Positions 20,324 to 29,960 of a stretch of 64,000 nucleotides of DNA are shown here, in pieces. The notes beneath the pieces are model-generated. The model was not told the origin of the DNA. It saw only the letters and a program-made list of their open reading frames with translations, and ran no database searches. How positions within the stretch are numbered: position 1 is the first letter of the stretch; each line of letters begins with the position of its first letter. A program made the translations under genes and the position numbers. The stretch comes from an uncultured Gemmataceae bacterium (GTDB lineage Bacteria > Planctomycetota > Planctomycetia > Gemmatales > Gemmataceae): contig CAVVPN010000003.1 of the NCBI GenBank assembly GCA_963750165.1, positions 2,240,001-2,304,000 of the forward strand, given 5' to 3'.

Positions 20324-21718
20324 TCACGGGGGCGAGGTGGGCAGGATTTCCTCGTACTCGGAGCTGTCCTCGTGCTCGCCGACGCGCGCCGGGACGATCA
20401 CCAGATCGTCGTTCATTTCGCCGCGGGTGAACAGCTTGCGGAACTTGGTGACGAACAGCCCCGCCTGCACATGACCGGTCAACTCTTGCAGCCGCCGCAC
20501 GTCCTCACTCGGCGCGTGGCGGACGAGGTAACCGAGGGGGCGATCCTTGTGAGCCTTTTGCAGCCGGGCCTGGATGACCTTGATGACCGCCTGGGCGCGC
20601 TTCTGATCTTTCATGTCCGCCTGGGTGAAGCCCTCATCCACATCGGGAACCTTCTCCGAGTAGGGGGCGTCGCCGCGCAGCATCTTGATGTCGTTGTCGG
20701 TCAGCCGCCGCGCCCATTCCATCGTCGTGGGGATGTGGCCCTGCTTGTTGGGCAGCGGTCGCCGGCCGGCCATGAAGGTGAAGCCGAGGTCCTGGCCGCG
20801 CTTGAGCAACTGGGGCAGCTGTTGTTCGATGGCTTTGAGCCAGTCGGCGCCCTTGCCAGGCAGCCCGCCGGGAGTGCAGCCGCTGGCGGCCTGCAACATC
20901 GGCACCCATTGGTACTGGTAGCTCATATCATTCTGGAGATCGACCTTGAACGGCGCCTGCACATAGAACAGCGCCTCGGTCTTATCCTTGACGGAAATCT
21001 GCGTGATCTTGAGCGGATAGACGAGTTTGTCGGAGGCGAACTGGAAGCGCGTGGGCGTAACTTCGCCGGCATAGGAGCCGTCCTTGTTTTTCTTCATCTG
21101 CATGGTGTCGATCTTCATGACCGTGAAGACCCACTTCTTCTGGACATAGAAGTTGAGCGTCGCCTCATCGCCAGAGTAGCTGTACTTGTTCGCCTTCAGC
21201 CAGGCGAACAGCGCATCCGCTCGGTTGGCCTCGATGATCTTGTAATCCAGCGAGCCCACCACGCCCTGCTCCAGCACGACGACGGCGGGACGGTGGTCTT
21301 CCGGCGCTTTGCTTTCGTCCTTCGTGGCGGATTTATCAAAGAGTTTCAGTCCCGCCAAGCGCTCCTCGCGCAGCACCGGCAACAGTTTCGATTGCGGGAA
21401 CTCTCTCCGCTTCATGATGGAGTACACCGCCAGGTGCTTGAAGAAGTCGCGCGGCATCTCGTGCAGTTTCGGCTGCGTGGGCGTGGGGATGACCATGCCG
21501 AAGTCCAGGGCGTTGCCCTCGAACTTCGGCTGCACCGTGAACGACTCCAACTTTTTCGCCGGGTTCCAGGTGATGAACACCTTCTGCGCCGGCTGCAGAA
21601 TATCCGCGTTCTGCGCCGAGAAGTAACAGCACGCCGCGTCGGCGCTGGACGCGCCGGCCGCGCTCACCGCCAGCGCCGTCAGGAACGACGGCAGCCAGCG
21701 CCGCTGCGCTCGCTTCAT
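20324..21718 (-). CDS. DUF2330-domain exported protein (paralogue 2)
   Basis: Same motifs as paralogue 1; RBS AAAGGA before MKRAQRR. Confidence 0.8.
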   Translation of the reverse strand: MKRAQRRWLPSFLTALAVSAAGASSADAACCYFSAQNADILQPAQKVFITWNPAKKLESFTVQPKFEGNALDFGMVIPTPTQPKLHEMPRDFFKHLAVYSIMKRREFPQSKLLPVLREERLAGLKLFDKSATKDESKAPEDHRPAVVVLEQGVVGSLDYKIIEANRADALFAWLKANKYSYSGDEATLNFYVQKKWVFTVMKIDTMQMKKNKDGSYAGEVTPTRFQFASDKLVYPLKITQISVKDKTEALFYVQAPFKVDLQNDMSYQYQWVPMLQAASGCTPGGLPGKGADWLKAIEQQLPQLLKRGQDLGFTFMAGRRPLPNKQGHIPTTMEWARRLTDNDIKMLRGDAPYSEKVPDVDEGFTQADMKDQKRAQAVIKVIQARLQKAHKDRPLGYLVRHAPSEDVRRLQELTGHVQAGLFVTKFRKLFTRGEMNDDLVIVPARVGEHEDSSEYEEILPTSPP

Positions 21719-21836
21719 GGGTGGTCCTTTCTTCGCTCGGGGAAGACATCGGGCGCGCTTCGCGCCCATGATGAAGACGAGGTAGACGACGTTCTGGATT
21801 GCCCGAAACCGCGGCCCGGCCGCGTCGGAAAAGGCC

Positions 21837-21902
21837 GCGGCCCACCCTGGTGGGGCCAGCGCCTGCACACGCCGCAGGCGCTGGCCCACCAGGGTGGGCC
21901 GC
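21837..21902. repeat. GC-rich intergenic inverted repeat
   Basis: GCGGCCCACCCTGGTGGG(G)CCAGCGCCTGC ... GCAGGCGCTGGCCCACCAGGGTGGGCCGC. Confidence 0.75.
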
Positions 21903-21921
21903 ACGAGTCCTGGCCGATGGG

Positions 21922-22842
21922 CTAGTTTTTGTTCTTTTTCTTCTTCTTCTGCGGTGTCTTCGGCAGCGACGCCGGGTCGGGCTCTGTCTCGATCAGCACC
22001 AGGCGCACGTAGGGCCGCGGCGGTGTCTGCGCACCCGGCGTCGTCCCCGTACCGCCGATCGTCGCGGTCTTCGGCGACGCCGAGTCGCCCAACTTCGCGG
22101 AGTCCGTCTTGTTGTTCTTCGGATCGACCTTGAGGTTGCCGTCCGTCTTCTTCGTGGTTTTGCGGGAGCCCAGGTACAGTTTCACCGTCTGGCCGACCGT
22201 CAGGTCGTCCGGCTTGGCCAGGTAGCCGGGCATCGTCGCATCCTGCTTCTTCTTCAACTCTTCCTTGGTGTAGGTGGCAACGTTGCCCTTGTCGTCGTAC
22301 TCGGTCGGCAGGTTGACACGGGCCACGCGCAGGTCCGGGGACAGGTTGAAGTCGAACTCCTTGGCGACCTTCACGACCTTGTACTGGTTGTTGTTGGTCG
22401 CCATACCGGCCTGCATCATGCGCACCTGGAGCTGCTGCATGTCGCGCTCGAACTTCATCATCCGCTGTTGCTGCTGCATCACGTTGCGGCTGGTCATGAT
22501 GCTCTGGTAGTCGCGCATGAGCTGCTGCTGCGCCCGCATGAGGGCCTGCTGGTGATTATTGAGGTTCCGGTTCTTCTGGGCGTTGTTGTTGTTGTTGGGG
22601 ACGTATTGCTGAAACTCGATGCGCAGCGTCAGCGTGTTGTTGCCCACGTCCACGTAGGTGATCTTGCCGATGGCCTCCTTGACCTGGCTGCTGATGTAGG
22701 CGTACTCCTGGTCCGTCGGCTGTTGCTGCTGGACCGTGGTTTTCTTTTGGCCGGGCTTGTTCGGGTTCTGGGCGTGGGCCACGTCGGCGACGGTCAGGGT
22801 CAGCGCCAGCACAGCGCCCGCGCCGCACAGCAGGGTTCGCAT
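21922..22842 (-). CDS. Secreted hypothetical protein with Gln/Asn/Met-rich insert
   Basis: RBS GAGGA; signal peptide ending AHA; NNNNN and QQQQ tracts; Lys-rich tail. Confidence 0.75.
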   Translation of the reverse strand: MRTLLCGAGAVLALTLTVADVAHAQNPNKPGQKKTTVQQQQPTDQEYAYISSQVKEAIGKITYVDVGNNTLTLRIEFQQYVPNNNNNAQKNRNLNNHQQALMRAQQQLMRDYQSIMTSRNVMQQQQRMMKFERDMQQLQVRMMQAGMATNNNQYKVVKVAKEFDFNLSPDLRVARVNLPTEYDDKGNVATYTKEELKKKQDATMPGYLAKPDDLTVGQTVKLYLGSRKTTKKTDGNLKVDPKNNKTDSAKLGDSASPKTATIGGTGTTPGAQTPPRPYVRLVLIETEPDPASLPKTPQKKKKKNKN

Positions 22843-22938
22843 GATTCGATTTCCTCGAAGGGACCGGTTGGAGAGCACAGGCACCAAACGCATCCGGCGA
22901 TGGGGGGAATTTGGGCGCAGCACCTCCCCCATTTCCTC

Positions 22939-22966
22939 TTAGACTAACGTGCGGCCGAAAAGTTCC
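22939..22966 (-). promoter_or_regulatory. Candidate RpoE/AlgU-like ECF promoter GGAACTT-N16-TCTAA
   Basis: Minus strand GGAACTTTTCGGCCGCACGTTAGTCTAA, about 100 nt upstream of the ATG at 22842. Confidence 0.55.
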
Positions 22967-23179
22967 GCAACTACAAATTTCCCTGAAATCGTTCGCACCA
23001 GCGCTCACATCCGAGCCCAGTGACCGTTTCTTGGAATGAACCCGATGCCAGGCGCCGCGGCGCCGCGCGGCGGCGGACATTTTCGTTGTGCCGCCGGGGC
23101 GGGCCTGGTACAGTGCAAGATGGCTATTTGCAAGTTGACAGGGCGCTGACCTCCCTCCTTCACGCAAAGGTGTGCGGCT

Positions 23180-25270
23180 ATGCTGGCCACCAATGTTTCC
23201 TGCCCCGCGTGTCACGGCATCCTGAAGTCCAGCCGGCCGTTGCGGCCCGGCAAGAACGTTCAGTGTCTCAAGTGTGGCACTTACTTTTCCGTGCCGGGCC
23301 CGGTCGCCGTGCCTGTGGCGGTTGGCGTCGCGCCGCCGGCGGCCACTCCGGTCGCGGTCGGCGTCGCGCCGCCGGCGGCAGTCGCTGCGCGGTCTCCGGG
23401 CCGCGTCCTGGTGTTGACGGCCGTCCTGGGCGGCCTGGTCCTGTTCCTGGGTGGCGGCCTGGCCCTGGCAGTGTACTGCTTTAGCCACGAGGGCGACGCC
23501 AACGGCACCCCGACCCAGCACGCCGGCAAACGCCACCGGCGCCCCGCGGGCGGTGGTCCGTCCGCCCAGCGGGGCGGCGGCGGTGAGGCCGGCACGGTGC
23601 GCGATGGGGACGGCAACGGGAACCAGGCTGACGACAGCGGGAACCAGGGCGACGGTCAGAAAGTTCCGCCTGCGGACTCGACCATCGGCACGCTGAAGCA
23701 ACCGAAAAGCGATCTCAAGTCGGGCAACCAGGGGCTGCCACCGGAACCGCTGCAAACCGAACTGAAGTCGCCGGCCGGCGCCATCCGCACCCAGGGGGCG
23801 CTGTCCGACGCCCGCCAGCGCGAGGTCAACGAAGCCATCGACAGGGGCGTCTACTTCCTGCGCCACAGCCAGCTGCCTTCCGGAACCTGGCAGACGGGAG
23901 AGAATGATGTCGGCTACGCCGCCCTGCCCGGCCTGACGCTGCTGGAGTGCGGCGTACCGGCCAGCGACCCCGCCGTGCAAAAGGCCGCCGCCTTCGTCCG
24001 CAAGAGCGCCGGCCGCCTGAACCAGGTCCATCACCAGACGTATCAACTGTCGCTGGCCATCCTCTTCCTCGGCCGTCTCGACGAGGAGCGCGACCGGGAA
24101 CTCCTCCGTGCCCTGGCGCTGCGTCTGGTGGCCGGCCAGAACGCCGCCGGCGGCTGGACCTACCGCTGTCCGTCGATGACCGCCGCGGATCAGCAGCAAC
24201 TCCTCACCTTCCTCAAGCAACACCAGACGCCGCCGCTGCCGGAGCTGATCGCCAAAAATTCGCCGGTGAAGTTGCAGGATCCGCTCGCCAAACCGGACGA
24301 CCCGATGCGGATTCCCATCGTCCAGCCAATCGACCCGAAGTTGCTGACGATGACGCATCGACCGGGCAATGTCCTGTTCTACCCGGTGCTGCGCCACAGC
24401 AAAAGCGGCCAGGTCGTGGACCTGACGCGCTTCATCGAGAGCCGGCGGATTGGCGTCATCGCGCCGGTCGTGGTCCCCGATCCCAAAGACGATCCGACGC
24501 GGCCGCCGGACAGGAGGGGCAACAAGAAACCGCCGCCGGTCAAGAAATTGCCGGCCAGCCAGCTGACGCAGACGGTGCGCAACCTGCCGGTGGTGCAAAA
24601 CATCCTGGCCGGCAAGCCGCGACCGGTGCCGGCCGGCAACGACGACAACTCAAACTCGCAGTTCGCGCTGATGGCGCTGTGGGTGGCCCGGCGCTACGAT
24701 GTGCCGGTGGAGCGCACGATGGCGCTGGTGCTGGAGCGCTACCACGGCAGCCAGAATGGCGACGGCGGTTGGGGCTATCACGTGCGGGCGCCGACCAAGG
24801 ACACGATGACCTGCGTCGGCCTGATCGGTCTGGCGATGGGTCACGGCACGGCGCAGGAGGCCCGGGCTCACGTCGCGGCGTCGCAGAAGGGAGAGCGGCC
24901 GACCGCGGTGCCGGCGGACCCCGCCATCAAGAACGGCCTGAAGAAGCTCGGCACCTGGCTCGACCATCCCGCCAGGTCCCGCAAGGGCGTCAGGATGGTC
25001 AACCTGTACCTGCTGTGGTCGGTGGAGCGCGTCGGCGTGCTCTACAACCTGAAAACCATCGGCAACAAGGACTGGTACGGCTGGGGCGTCGAGATTCTGC
25101 TCAACCACCAGAAGAGCAACGGTAGCTGGTTCACGTCCAGCTACATCGGCTCGTCCACGCCCCTGGACACGTCGATGGCGCTGCTGTTCCTGAAGCGGGC
25201 CAACTTCATTTCGGATTTGACGGAGAATATGCGGCTGTTCATGCCGGTGCGCGACCCGGAGGCAAGATAA
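23180..25270 (+). CDS. Zinc-ribbon / TM / prenyltransferase-squalene-oxidase-repeat (alpha/alpha barrel) protein
   Basis: CPAC...CLKC, TM segment, QW-like repeats QLPSGTW, QNAAGGW, QNGDGGW, QKSNGSW; DDNSNSQFA. Confidence 0.8.
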   Translation: MLATNVSCPACHGILKSSRPLRPGKNVQCLKCGTYFSVPGPVAVPVAVGVAPPAATPVAVGVAPPAAVAARSPGRVLVLTAVLGGLVLFLGGGLALAVYCFSHEGDANGTPTQHAGKRHRRPAGGGPSAQRGGGGEAGTVRDGDGNGNQADDSGNQGDGQKVPPADSTIGTLKQPKSDLKSGNQGLPPEPLQTELKSPAGAIRTQGALSDARQREVNEAIDRGVYFLRHSQLPSGTWQTGENDVGYAALPGLTLLECGVPASDPAVQKAAAFVRKSAGRLNQVHHQTYQLSLAILFLGRLDEERDRELLRALALRLVAGQNAAGGWTYRCPSMTAADQQQLLTFLKQHQTPPLPELIAKNSPVKLQDPLAKPDDPMRIPIVQPIDPKLLTMTHRPGNVLFYPVLRHSKSGQVVDLTRFIESRRIGVIAPVVVPDPKDDPTRPPDRRGNKKPPPVKKLPASQLTQTVRNLPVVQNILAGKPRPVPAGNDDNSNSQFALMALWVARRYDVPVERTMALVLERYHGSQNGDGGWGYHVRAPTKDTMTCVGLIGLAMGHGTAQEARAHVAASQKGERPTAVPADPAIKNGLKKLGTWLDHPARSRKGVRMVNLYLLWSVERVGVLYNLKTIGNKDWYGWGVEILLNHQKSNGSWFTSSYIGSSTPLDTSMALLFLKRANFISDLTENMRLFMPVRDPEAR

Positions 25271-25350
25271 TTGCAGATTGCAGATTGCAGATTGAAAGAC
25301 AGCGAAGTTTCTGTCTTTCAATTTGCAATCTGCAATCTGCAATTTGCAAT
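25270..25350. repeat. Palindrome built from tandem heptamers (ATTGCAG)n between convergent genes
   Basis: ATTGCAGATTGCAGATTGCAGATTGAAAGACAG ... CTGTCTTTCAATTTGCAATCTGCAATCTGCAATTTGCAAT. Confidence 0.88.
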
Positions 25351-26000
25351 CACTTGGCCGGCAGTTCCTTCACCTCGATCTTCTTGACGTGCAACACCGA
25401 CTCGGGGCCCTTGCCGCCCATCGAGGGGCCGTGCTGCTGCAGCGCGAAGTGGCCCTTGGTGTACGTGTTCTTCTTGTCCACGTAATCGACCACCACCTTG
25501 TCGTTGACCTTGATGATGATGTGGTTGCCGTTCGCGATCACTTCCTGCGTGAACCAGGTGTCCGGCGGCACCAGCATCTCAGTGATCTTGACGAAGTTGT
25601 ACAGGCTGCCGGTCTTCTGCGGATCGGGGAAGGTGCTGTTAATCTGCGCCTCGTAGCCCGGCGGGTAGCCGGGGGCGAACTTGGTCCGGAAATACTGACC
25701 GCTGTTGCCCTTGTCGCTGATCTTGGCCTCGATGCGGTAGTGGAAGTTCTGGTAATCGCCGCGCTCGCTGAACAGGTGGCTGGTCGCCTTGCCGCTGCTC
25801 ACCAGGACGCCTTTCTCCACGCGCCACTTGCCCGGGTTCTTCGGATGCGTCTTCCAGCCGGTCAGGTCCTTGCCGTTGAACAACTGCACCCAACCCTTGT
25901 CGCCCTTGTCTTGCTTCTTGCCGCCGGCCGCCAGCGGGTCGGCGGACGACAGTACCAGCAGGGCCCCCACGGTGGCCCCCAGCGTCAGCACACGCAGCAT
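25350..26000 (-). CDS. DUF1080 (3-keto-disaccharide hydrolase) family secreted protein
   Basis: WVQLFNGKDLTGW, NSGQYFR, GYEAQI, TGSLY, GHFALQQH. Confidence 0.9.
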   Translation of the reverse strand: MLRVLTLGATVGALLVLSSADPLAAGGKKQDKGDKGWVQLFNGKDLTGWKTHPKNPGKWRVEKGVLVSSGKATSHLFSERGDYQNFHYRIEAKISDKGNSGQYFRTKFAPGYPPGYEAQINSTFPDPQKTGSLYNFVKITEMLVPPDTWFTQEVIANGNHIIIKVNDKVVVDYVDKKNTYTKGHFALQQHGPSMGGKGPESVLHVKKIEVKELPAK

Positions 26001-26266
26001 GATGATTCTCCTTGCTCGCGCGCGGCCGGCGCGGCGCGGACTGCCCCCCGCCCTGGTCGCGCTGCCGATGTTATACCCCCGCGCCGCCAAACGGGAATAG
26101 CCGCCCATACGGACCTCGATGCGGGTGAGATGGCGCGTGCGCCATCTCACGGCCGATCCCAAAGCAACTTCAACGAAGGCCGCTCAGGCCGGATCGTGAC
26201 CTATACTTGCGCTGCACGCAACAAGGCACCCGAGCATGAGGTCATGAAGTGGACTCCTCCGTGGTG

Positions 26267-28842
26267 ATGGACGCAGCGAAGCAAGAACCCACCCCACCCC
26301 CCCGCCGTCCCGGCACCGAGCCGATCCCGGGCTACCGCCTGATCGAACCGCTCGGCGCCGGCGGCTTCGGCGAAGTCTGGAAGTGTGAGGCCCCCGGCGG
26401 TCTGTTCAAGGCCATCAAGTTCGTCTACGGCCAGAACACGCCGGTCGGGCCGCGCCGCCAGGTGGTCAACCAGGAACTCGACGCCCTGCAACTGGTCAAG
26501 AACATCCGCCATCCGTTCCTGCTGTCGCTGGAGCGCGTCGAGGTGGTGGACGGCGACCTGCTCATCGTCATGGAACTGGCCGACCAGAGCCTGGCCGAGC
26601 GCCTGGCGGAGTGCCAGCAGCAGGGCGAGCCCGGCATCCCGCGCGAGGAATTGCTCGAATACTTCTGCGAGGCGGCCGAGGTGCTCGACGTGATGAACCT
26701 GCAACACCAGTTGCAGCACCTGGACGTGAAGCCGCACAACCTCTTCCTGGTCAGCAATCACCTCAAGGTGGCGGACTTCGGCGTGGTGCAGAGCCTCGGC
26801 GGCCTGACGCAGCAGGACGACATGACCGTTTCGTCGCAGGTGCCGGCCGGCATCACGCCGCTGTACTCGGCGCCGGAGACGTTCCAGAGCCGGCCCAGCC
26901 CGTTCGCCGACCAGTACAGCCTGGCCATCACCTACTGCGAACTGCTGACCGGCAAGGCGCCGTTCAGCGGCAAGAACGCCCGCCAGCTGCTGTTCCAGCA
27001 CTTCCATGAGCCGCCGGACCTGCACGGGCTGCCGGCCACGGATCGGCCCATCATCGGCCGGGCTCTGGCCAAGCAGCCCGAGAGCCGTTTCCCGTCGTGC
27101 CTGGCGTTCGTGCAGGCGCTGATTACCGGCGTCATGCCGCCCGTGGGTGCCGCTCCGGAGCAGCCGCGCCGTCTGACGCCCAGCCGGCTGCTGCGGCGGT
27201 TGTGCAATTTGGCGGACACGCAGATCCGGGCGCTGACGCCCTGTCAACCGCTGTCCGGCGAGGCACCGCCGCCGCTGGGCGAGCGCGTGCAGGCGCCGCC
27301 CGGCTACAAGCTGGGCAACTGTCTGCAGCGCGAGCCGCTGCGCGAGGTCTGGGAAGTCAGCGCCCGTCCGGGACAGCCGCGACTGCTGCTGGCGTACTTC
27401 GGCGGCCCACCTCAGCCGGAGCCGGTTGCCGAGGCGGCGACACGGCTGCGGGCGCTGGCGCACCCTGGCGTCCAGTCGCTGGAGACGGTCCACATCGCCA
27501 ACGGGGCGCTGCTGATGGTGACCGAGGCCGGCCGCAAGAACCTGGCGGCGCGCTTCCAGGAGTGTCGCATGCGCGGCCTGTCCGGCGTGCCGCGGCAGGA
27601 ACTGCTGACGTACCTGCGTTCGGCCGCCGACGGCCTGGACTATTTGGCGGAAACGCACACCCTGGCGCACCTGCTGCTGACGCCGCGGCACCTGCTGCTG
27701 GGCAGTGGCCGGGCGCTGGTAGCGGAGGCCGGCGTCGGCGCCTGGTTCTGGCAACCGGGCGGCCACTCGCTGGCGGCGCTCAACCCGATTTACGGCGCCC
27801 CGGAGCTGGCCGGCTCCAATGGCTGCCCCCGCGCCGACCAGTACAGCCTGGCGTTGATCTACCTGGAGATGCTGACCGGCACCGCCTACACGCCGGAGCG
27901 GCCGCAGGCGATGCGGCTGGCGCCGCTGCGCGACCGCGACGCCCTGACGCGCGCCCTGCACCGTCAGCCCGAGCAGCGCTGGCCCAGCTGCCGGGCGCTG
28001 ATCGACGCGCTGCTGCCACCGGTCGCCGCGGGCGCGAGTCGCCGGTCGTCGATCCACCTGCCGCCGCCCGCGCCGGCCCAGCCGGCGGCGGTCGTGTGCA
28101 ACCGCTGGGGCGGCGTCGGTGCCGCGAGCTGGAATTACAAGGTCGTGGAGGTGCTGCGCGCACAGCCGGCAACTGGCAGCTGGTTCATTACAAGCAACTG
28201 CGTTATCTGCTGCGGCCGGGCGAGGTGCTGCTGCACCGCTGCGCCAGCCGGCTGCCGTTGGCGGTGGCGGCGTACAAGATGGAGGCGTTCGTCAAGCAGC
28301 ACCGCGGCCTGATGCTGGACACTTCGCCGCGTGAGGTCACGTTCCAGGTGCCGCTGACGAGCAGTCCCACGGCCCGCGCCGGCCTGGGCGTCAAGGTCGA
28401 GTTCCAGACCAATCCGGCGCCGGTGCCGAGCGCCCTGACGGTGTTCACCATCGAGATTCGAGCGCTGGGCTGCGAGGCGCCGGAGGTGGATCGGCTGCTG
28501 CGCGAGGTGGCGCCGGTGCTGCTGGAGAACCTGCGCGACGAGCTGCAGGCGCGCTGCGAGCGGCGGGCGGACGAGCGGTTGGCGTGGGAGACGACGGTGA
28601 CGGTCCACGAGGTGCTGCCGGGCGGCGATCTGGCGGCGCCGCTGGTATGCCGGACCAAGGACATTTCGCTGCGTGGCATTGGTCTGATCGCGCCGCGCGC
28701 GCTGGCGCTGGCGCAGCTGGTGATCGACCTGCCGGCGACCGAGCACAGCGAGGCGGCGCAGGTGACGGCGAAGGTGGTGCGCGTCGAACCGCGGCCGGAC
28801 GGCAGCTTTGAGGTGGGGGCGCAGTTCGTGCCGCGGACGTGA
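26267..28842 (+). CDS. Ser/Thr (Hanks) kinase + pseudokinase + C-terminal PilZ domain; frameshift about 28090-28165
   Basis: Domain 1: GAGGFG, AIK, HLDVKPHN, DFG, APE. Domain 2 is degenerate but keeps YGAPE and ADQYSLA. C-terminal ERRADER and DISLRG lie in the frame ending at 28842. Confidence 0.82.
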
Positions 28843-28844
28843 GG

Positions 28845-29939
28845 TCAGCGTGACGGGTCCAGGACACGGCCGAGGAAGAGCACGGCCCCGGTGTGCGCGT
28901 TGCGCAGGAAGAAGAAAAACGGGCGGTCGAAGACCAGCGATGGCGGCCCGCCCATCGTGACCATGTCCGCGCTGGCCGCTGCCGCCTCGGTGCCCTCCTC
29001 GTCCACCGTGAGCAGCGCCTGGTGGAGCACGTCATTCAGGAACCAGCCCGCGGGCGCCAGGCCCGACAGGTCGGCCCGTCCGGGCGTGAACAGGTCCGTC
29101 AGCCCCAACCGCCCCAGCGGCTCCCGCAGCGAAACCCGCGACCCCACCGTGAACCGTGGCAGCACCAGCCTGGCGTACTGGGGGCGCAGGGCGGCATCGA
29201 CCTCGTCCAGGAACGCGGGCCCCAGTCGCTCCGCCACGGCGTCAAACGCCTCCGGTTTGGGCACCACCAGGACCAGCGCCAGCCGTCCCCCCCGGTAGCG
29301 CATCTGGGCGGCCGCCCAGGGCCCCGTCCACGCACAGGGGATTTCCCCCTCGACGAAGCGGCGCATCATCGGCACCAGAACCTGGCTGCCGTCCCGACGG
29401 GTGAACGGCAGCGGCCGGGTTTCGTTCCGCTTGAAAGGGGGGAATTCCCAGGGGGCCTTCAGATACAGCGTGCTGGTGAGCAGCAGCGGGCCGGTCAGGT
29501 CCGCGGGGCCGACCAGCGCGTCGATCAGGCCGTTGGTCTGCCGCGCCACCCAGTCGTTGACGGTTGCCGTGGCGGCGCTGCGGTCCTGGAAATCGACCGC
29601 GTGACACTCCGCCCGAGTTGACGCACAGAACGTCCGCAGCGCCGCGTCGGCCAGCGCTGGCCCCGCCTGCACCCACAGCGCCAGGGCCGCCCGCCAGGTC
29701 ACGCCGTCGTGATTCAGGGCCATCGGGCTGGCCGACGCGGGCTCCGTTCCCAGAAGGTGCTCGATTTGCTGGGCGGTGTCGCCGCGCGCGGCCTGGTGCA
29801 GCGCGGCCAGGTTGGCGGCCACGTCGGCGGGTGAGAACACGAGGTTGTCGGCGGCGCCGGGCAGGGCGTGCAGCAGGCGGAATGCGAACGCCTGCGCCTG
29901 GGCCGTTGACGGCGAACGGGTAGGTTGCGGGGTGGACAT
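28845..29939 (-). CDS. Serpin family protein
   Basis: NLVFSP, VNDWVARQTNGLI, LYLKAPW, VPMM, LPRF, hinge VDEEGTEAAAAS, FDRPFFFFLR..TGAVLFLGRV.DP. Confidence 0.92.
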   Translation of the reverse strand: MSTPQPTRSPSTAQAQAFAFRLLHALPGAADNLVFSPADVAANLAALHQAARGDTAQQIEHLLGTEPASASPMALNHDGVTWRAALALWVQAGPALADAALRTFCASTRAECHAVDFQDRSAATATVNDWVARQTNGLIDALVGPADLTGPLLLTSTLYLKAPWEFPPFKRNETRPLPFTRRDGSQVLVPMMRRFVEGEIPCAWTGPWAAAQMRYRGGRLALVLVVPKPEAFDAVAERLGPAFLDEVDAALRPQYARLVLPRFTVGSRVSLREPLGRLGLTDLFTPGRADLSGLAPAGWFLNDVLHQALLTVDEEGTEAAAASADMVTMGGPPSLVFDRPFFFFLRNAHTGAVLFLGRVLDPSR

Positions 29940-29960
29940 GGCGCCCTCGGGACGGGAGGG

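Noticed and set aside
18687..21718. DUF2330 near-identical repeats as a diversity-generating retroelement TR/VR pair
   Set aside because: Both copies are full genes, mismatches are synonymous and not adenine-specific, and there is no reverse transcriptase in the window.
23310..23385. 36-bp tandem repeat encoding PVAVGVAPPAA
   Set aside because: Ordinary linker duplication within a CDS.
23180..25270. Squalene-hopene cyclase call
   Set aside because: No DxDD motif, apparently only one barrel, and a zinc-ribbon/TM N-terminus.
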